In this document: in pieces, positions 58,667 to 64,000 of the stretch
How positions within the stretch are numbered: the stretch's first letter is position 1
Layout: every line of letters begins with the position of its first letter
From: Escherichia coli
Lineage (GTDB): Bacteria > Pseudomonadota > Gammaproteobacteria > Enterobacterales > Enterobacteriaceae
NCBI RefSeq assembly: GCF_017348835.2
Contig: NZ_CP071375.1
Reading direction: 5' to 3' (one strand)
Length of the DNA stretch: 64,000 bases
Program-made: the position numbers and the translations under genes
Notes under the pieces: model-generated
Database searches by the model: none
The model's input: the letters and a program-made list of their open reading frames with translations, nothing else
Told to the model about the DNA's origin: nothing

Positions 58667-61600
58667 TACGCCTCCTCCAGGGTCATACCGGCAAACATCT
58701 CATCCATCAAGGCAATCAACCCGGCGTTGGGTCGGGTTGTGTAAATCCCCTGTTGCGGATGTTCTTTATCAACGCCACGCAGGAACAGATAAATAACGCC
58801 GCCAAAGTGGTGCTCATAGTCGTAATCAGCAATGCGATGGCGCAGATAACGATGCAGCGCCAGGGTATAAAGCTGATATTGCAGATCATAGCGGTGTGCC
58901 TGCATTGCCGCTGCCATAGCCTGTTGGGTGTAAGCCGAACTGTCTTCACCCAACCAGTTGGATTTATAGTCGAGCAGGTAATAACGCCCTTCGTGGCGGA
59001 ACACCAGGTCGATAAAGCCTTTTAACATGCCACGTACCTGCATGAACTCCAGCGGCGGGCAGCCTGCGGATAGCGGGTCAAACTGGCGGATTAACGTATC
59101 AAGCTGACTGGCGATAAGCGGTTCACTAATCGGCAGATAAAACTCCATCTCCACCTGTTTATTGCGGGCGGAAAGTTGACTCAGGCTTACGCCGGTTTCA
59201 TTGAGAGGTGCCTGGAGGACAGCCGTGATCCACTCGGTCAATACCGGTTCCCACTGCGATTCAAAGCCGCCGAGTTCCAGTTTTTCCCGCACCCAGTTCG
59301 GGTCAACCGGCTGGGTAAAATCCAGGTCTTCAAACAAACTGTGCAAGAACGTCCCCGGTGACGCACCGCGCGGAAACTGATGTGGTGTTAACGTCGGTTC
59401 TTCAACGACGCTGGCAACGCCTGCAGCATCGACATCCAGCCGAGGCATCAAATCCTGGGCGATACCGTGACCACGCTGTTGCAAACCAGAGTAGCTGGTG
59501 ACGCGCCAGTTATCGCCGGGCAATCGTTGTAACGTCTTCGCATTCAGCTCTGCTGTAGAAACATCATTAACCTGCCAGGGTTGGTTATCACCAGTTTGTG
59601 CCGTTTGCCAGGCAATATCATCATCGCATAACGCTTCAATACAGGTGCGAAGCCCTGCCGCATCTTGCGGTTCCCCTTTTTGCAGCAAACGCCCGAGCGC
59701 ACTTTGGTGGACGTCGGTGTCACCTTTTTTATCGCCACGACGGCGCACCAGCGGTGCAACGCCGAGACTACAATGCCAAACCGAACGCGTCAGCGCCACG
59801 TAAAGCAAACGCAGATCTTCCGCCAGACGTTCGGCCTCCGCGAGATCGACACTTTCTGGCGCAGCGTTAAGATCCAGAACAGCCTCAAACGAGTGGCGAT
59901 CGTGATAAAACGCCTGTTCCTGGACGCGGAAATTGGTAATAAATGGCAACCAGACAAGCGAATATTCCAGCCCTTTTGATTTATGGATCGTGACAATCTG
60001 CACCAGATGTTTATCACTTTCGAGGCGCATTTGTTGGCTGGAGGCATTACTGTCTGGCTCGAGGATATGTTGCGATAACCAGCGTACCAGCGCATGTTCA
60101 CTTTCCAGCTGCGTTCCGGCTTCTTGTAGCAGTTCGCTGATATGCAAGATATCGGTAAGACGCCGCTCACCGCCTGCCGTTGCCAGCAAGTTTTCTGCAA
60201 TGTTACGCGCCGACATCAGCGCCCGCAGCATCGGCATAACGCCACGTTTGCGCCAGATTTGCCGATAACCATCGAACTCTTCGACCACCGCGTCCCACGC
60301 ATGTTCGTCATTATTCAGCGTTTCGATATCCAGCGCGTTCAGCCCCATCATTGACGTTGCCAGCGCACTACGCAGGGTGTTCTCACGTTCGGGCGTCATC
60401 ACCGCCTGCAACAACCAAAGCATTTCCTGCGCTTCCAGAGTTTCAAAAACACTGTCGCGGTTCGAAAGGTAAACGGAAGGGATTTCCAGCAACGTTAAGG
60501 CATCGCGCACCTGGGCAGCCTCCTGGCGGCTGCGCACCAGCACACTGATGTCCGAAGCACGCACCGGACGCGCTTCGTCGCCGTTCATCAGCAACGCTTC
60601 GCCCCGCTGTCCGGCTTGTAGCCAGTCGCGGATTTGCGCAGCACATACCTGCGCCATGGTACTTTGATAGTCGCCAACGCCGCAGCTTTCGCCTTCCATC
60701 AGCCACATTTTCATCGCAGGCTGCGTTTCACCTTTAAATACAAAACGTAACGCCTGATTTTTCCCGGCTGATTTCACTGGAATAAACGGTATTTCGCGAA
60801 ACATGAACGCGTCATCAGTCTGGCTGAAAAGCTTGTTCACGCTGTTCACCATTCCTGGTGCGGAACGCCAGTTGGTGTCTAAAGTGTAGTGGGCGTGAAC
60901 TTCGCTACGCGCCTTCATATAAGTGAAGATATCCGCACCCCGGAATGCATATATGGCCTGCTTCGGGTCGCCAATTAGCAACAATGCGGTTTCCGGCTGA
61001 TGGTGCCAGATACGGCGAAAAATTCGGTACTGCTGGGGGTCGGTATCCTGAAATTCATCGATCATTGCCACCGGGAATCGCGTACGGATCGCCGCTGCCA
61101 ACACCTCACCGCTTTCGCTACGCAGCGCGGAATCGAGCCGACTTAACATGTCATCAAAACCCAATTCGCCACGGCGGCGTTTTTCACGCGCTACTGTTTC
61201 GCGGATCTCAGCCAATGCGCGGGTGATCACCAGATCGCGGATCGACAATGGTTCTGCAAGCAGTTGATCGATCGCCTCAAACAGTGGATGTCGCGGGGTT
61301 TCCCCCCCGGCCTTCGTGCGATCTTCTAAGAAACGCTGGGAGAATTTTTCCAGCGACTCCGGCAACTGATAACTGTTTGTCTCTTCTTCTGCCCAGGCGC
61401 TGATCTTGTCGATCCATTTAGCCTGATTGCTACGGTTAAACTTGCGTCGATCAATACCAGAAGATTCGATCAGCGCATCCAGTTCACCCACTGCGTCGCG
61501 CCACTGCTGTTTTACCGTATCAATACGCGCCACAATTTGCGCGTGACGGGAAGCCAGCGTTTCATCATCGGGCGGCGGTGCTTTGATAACCGGCGCTTCG

Positions 61601-62208
61601 CCTTGCAGATAACGATTAATATCGCGCAGCAACGCCTGCGGCCCTTTCCAGGTTTCAAAGACGACCTGGGCTATTTCACGCGGCAGCGGGTAGCAGTGGC
61701 GACGCCAGAAATCGGCGCAGGCCTGGTAGCGTAGCAGAGACTCATCTTCAATCAGCTGCTGCTCAAACAGCATGCCGGATTCAAAGGCATTCAGGTTGAG
61801 CATGCGCTGGCAAAAGCCGTGAATAGTAAAGACTGCCGCTTCATCCATCTGCCGTTCGGCTAACAACAACCACTGCGCGGCTTGCGCTTTATCGTCGATC
61901 TCTTCCAGCAGGCGTTCGTACAGTGGATTGTCGGTGGTTTCACGCAGACAGGCGATGCGCAACTCGTGGATATTGCTACGGATACGACCGCGCAATTCTG
62001 CCGTGGCAGCCTCGGTAAAGGTGACCACCAGCAGTTCTTCAACGGTCAGCGGGCGGGGAAAGGCGGCGGAACCGCCTAGTCCAAGTAACAGGCGCAAATA
62101 GAGCGCCGCAATCGTAAAGGTTTTGCCTGTGCCGGCAGAGGCTTCAATCAGGCGCTCGCCCTGTAAGGGCAAGCGCAAAGGATCTAGTGTCTCGGCGACA
62201 TCACTCAT
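58666..62208 (-). CDS. recB: Exodeoxyribonuclease V beta subunit (RecB helicase-nuclease)
   Basis: ORF 58666..62217; start at [41 protein letters not shown] (1180 aa); stop overlaps recD start (TAATG). Confidence 0.97.
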   Translation of the reverse strand: MSDVAETLDPLRLPLQGERLIEASAGTGKTFTIAALYLRLLLGLGGSAAFPRPLTVEELLVVTFTEAATAELRGRIRSNIHELRIACLRETTDNPLYERLLEEIDDKAQAAQWLLLAERQMDEAAVFTIHGFCQRMLNLNAFESGMLFEQQLIEDESLLRYQACADFWRRHCYPLPREIAQVVFETWKGPQALLRDINRYLQGEAPVIKAPPPDDETLASRHAQIVARIDTVKQQWRDAVGELDALIESSGIDRRKFNRSNQAKWIDKISAWAEEETNSYQLPESLEKFSQRFLEDRTKAGGETPRHPLFEAIDQLLAEPLSIRDLVITRALAEIRETVAREKRRRGELGFDDMLSRLDSALRSESGEVLAAAIRTRFPVAMIDEFQDTDPQQYRIFRRIWHHQPETALLLIGDPKQAIYAFRGADIFTYMKARSEVHAHYTLDTNWRSAPGMVNSVNKLFSQTDDAFMFREIPFIPVKSAGKNQALRFVFKGETQPAMKMWLMEGESCGVGDYQSTMAQVCAAQIRDWLQAGQRGEALLMNGDEARPVRASDISVLVRSRQEAAQVRDALTLLEIPSVYLSNRDSVFETLEAQEMLWLLQAVMTPERENTLRSALATSMMGLNALDIETLNNDEHAWDAVVEEFDGYRQIWRKRGVMPMLRALMSARNIAENLLATAGGERRLTDILHISELLQEAGTQLESEHALVRWLSQHILEPDSNASSQQMRLESDKHLVQIVTIHKSKGLEYSLVWLPFITNFRVQEQAFYHDRHSFEAVLDLNAAPESVDLAEAERLAEDLRLLYVALTRSVWHCSLGVAPLVRRRGDKKGDTDVHQSALGRLLQKGEPQDAAGLRTCIEALCDDDIAWQTAQTGDNQPWQVNDVSTAELNAKTLQRLPGDNWRVTSYSGLQQRGHGIAQDLMPRLDVDAAGVASVVEEPTLTPHQFPRGASPGTFLHSLFEDLDFTQPVDPNWVREKLELGGFESQWEPVLTEWITAVLQAPLNETGVSLSQLSARNKQVEMEFYLPISEPLIASQLDTLIRQFDPLSAGCPPLEFMQVRGMLKGFIDLVFRHEGRYYLLDYKSNWLGEDSSAYTQQAMAAAMQAHRYDLQYQLYTLALHRYLRHRIADYDYEHHFGGVIYLFLRGVDKEHPQQGIYTTRPNAGLIALMDEMFAGMTLEEA

Positions 62209-64000
62209 TCTTTTCACTCATCAGGGGCATTGTTTGCTGCAACGCGCTGACGTTCTCCCACACTTTCCAGCCTTCAGGATGCACATATTCGGCTTTCCCG
62301 TTCTGGCTGCCGGAAATCTGCGACAGAATAGCCATGCCTTGCGGCTCGACCACCGCCTGATGGAAGAAATCAGCAAGTTTTTGCGGCGTCAGCAGTTTTA
62401 TCTGGGCCACGATTTTATCACGCGAATCGAAGCGCATATTGCCGCGATCGAAATCTTTACTTAACTTCGATGCTTCTTCGCCGAGCGTTTGCGGTGCCTG
62501 CAGCATCTGGGTAATTACCGCCTGCTGGATTTGCGCAAACTCATCTGGCTTCATCGCCCGCAATTTTGCCTCTGCGGTTGGGAAAAACGCCTTGTAACGC
62601 TCCCACAAGAATGAAGGCTGTTTATCATTGCTTTGCAAAAGGAAGCCCATGCCCCACTGACGCCCCACGCTCATTGGAAACGCAAACACGGCATAGCCCA
62701 ATTGTTCTTCGGTACGCAACTGATTGTAGAACCACGGCTGTACGATCTGCCCCAACAGAGAGCTATAGGCTGAGCTGGTGTATTCATCGTAGCCAGTCGG
62801 TACAAATACCGCTGCCAGTGCGGAGTCGGTGCTGTTACCGGCTTTTTCAAAGATGACGGATTGTTTTTTATCGACCACTACATCTTTGTTTCGACACCAC
62901 TCTGAACCATCAGCGCCCAACTGTTTTTGCACATCGCGTGCCAGCGTTGTTGCCTGGGCCTCGGTCATGTTGCCGATAACCATAAACTCTGGTCGAGCCC
63001 CTGATTTTAAGGCGTCGCGATAGGCCAGCACCTCTTTCAACGTAATGGAGGGCAAAATTTTACGCCGTTCATCTCGCGAGAAGTACGGCACTTGCGAGAG
63101 CATCTGCGCGGGCATAATCGCCTGCTCAAACGCTTTACCCTTTTCTGCGGAATCCATCATCTGGTTATACCAGGACTTCGCCTGCTCAAGCTGATCTTCC
63201 GTAGCGGTATAGCTAAAGTACCCCTCGAGCAATGCCTGGAACAGCTGCGGCAGACGCTGGGTGTAACCATTAGCATTAACCATAAGGCCGTTGTTAGCGT
63301 TGGTGGAAAAACTTATGCCACCAACCGACGCCTGGTTGCTTAACTGACCAAGCGCCAGCCCTGCGAGATAATCATTGAGCGCAAACATCACCTGATTGCG
63401 GGCGCTGTCCATGGCTTTCGGATTACGCAAAATCAGGCTGACATCAGCTTTGGGTTCGCTGGAAAAATAACGGCTTGGCGCATACACCACGCGCAGATTC
63501 GACTCATCAACAATCAGCTCTGGATGGTCATATTTCTTCTCTGACTTAATCAGCGAGAAATCGTCAGGAATATAGGGGTTAAGCTCCGGTAAGGAGAGCG
63601 CAATATTGGCAGCTTTTTGCTGCCAGTCAGCGAAAGTTTGTGCGCTAATTTTATCGACCTGATACGGCGCATCGACAAAATAAGCCGTTTTATTGTGCGG
63701 CTCTTTCGGGCTGATATACCAGATACGCGCATTCTGCGGCGTCATCATCGCCAGACGTTCCTTTACTGCTTTAGCATCGTACCGATCGGCAATATTGACT
63801 GCATCCAGCGTATGCTCAACAGGAACGCGAATCATAGTATCTGCCAGCCATTCGACGTAATCCATATCACGGGTGATTGACGGATAACGGAAGTCGATAT
63901 CCAGCACATTCGCCAGTTCATCGAAGTATTGTTTATCGATCCCTTTTTCACGCAACAGATTGAGGTAGCTAAAAATGGCCGCCACAACCTGATCACGATT
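62201..64000 (-). CDS. ptrA: Protease III (pitrilysin, M16 family); 5' end lies beyond the window
   Basis: Minus-strand frame open to the window end; the track ORF 62201..63985 is only the portion from an internal Met; stop at 62201-62203 overlaps recB start by 8 nt. Confidence 0.9.
   Translation of the reverse strand, partial: NRDQVVAAIFSYLNLLREKGIDKQYFDELANVLDIDFRYPSITRDMDYVEWLADTMIRVPVEHTLDAVNIADRYDAKAVKERLAMMTPQNARIWYISPKEPHNKTAYFVDAPYQVDKISAQTFADWQQKAANIALSLPELNPYIPDDFSLIKSEKKYDHPELIVDESNLRVVYAPSRYFSSEPKADVSLILRNPKAMDSARNQVMFALNDYLAGLALGQLSNQASVGGISFSTNANNGLMVNANGYTQRLPQLFQALLEGYFSYTATEDQLEQAKSWYNQMMDSAEKGKAFEQAIMPAQMLSQVPYFSRDERRKILPSITLKEVLAYRDALKSGARPEFMVIGNMTEAQATTLARDVQKQLGADGSEWCRNKDVVVDKKQSVIFEKAGNSTDSALAAVFVPTGYDEYTSSAYSSLLGQIVQPWFYNQLRTEEQLGYAVFAFPMSVGRQWGMGFLLQSNDKQPSFLWERYKAFFPTAEAKLRAMKPDEFAQIQQAVITQMLQAPQTLGEEASKLSKDFDRGNMRFDSRDKIVAQIKLLTPQKLADFFHQAVVEPQGMAILSQISGSQNGKAEYVHPEGWKVWENVSALQQTMPLMSEKNE

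Overview
This window reads as a contiguous stretch of Escherichia coli-type chromosome, corresponding to the K-12 interval ygcQ to ptrA (about 62-63 min); the identification is by recognition of the translated ORFs and gene order, not by a database search. I find no evidence for a novel or undescribed system: every gap between the conserved genes is accounted for, and no unexplained gene cluster is present. It is almost entirely conserved core genes: ygcQRSUW, ygcE, queE, ygcG, eno, pyrG, mazG, mazEF, relA, rlmD, barA, gudDX, yqcA, truC, yqcC, syd, queF, ppnN, sdaCB, xni, the fuc regulon, rlmM, ygdD, gcvA, ygdI, csdAE, tcdA, mltA, three initiator tRNA-Met genes, amiC, argA, recD, recB and the 3' part of ptrA. 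Two known sRNAs are recognisable (csrB, gcvB). The accessory content is: (1) a 1310-bp IS3-family element (IS629-like) inserted in gudP with an intact 4-bp target duplication; (2) a type I-E CRISPR array of 6 repeats and 5 spacers plus a degenerate remnant array between ygcE and queE, with no cas genes in the window; (3) an apparent frameshift splitting the MFS transporter gene yqcE; (4) an AT-rich ygcG locus with a 46-codon ORF upstream that I take to be yqcG. Gene starts were adjusted from the six-frame track where the longest ORF clearly overshoots the conserved N-terminus. All coordinates are from manual counting and could be off by a base or two.
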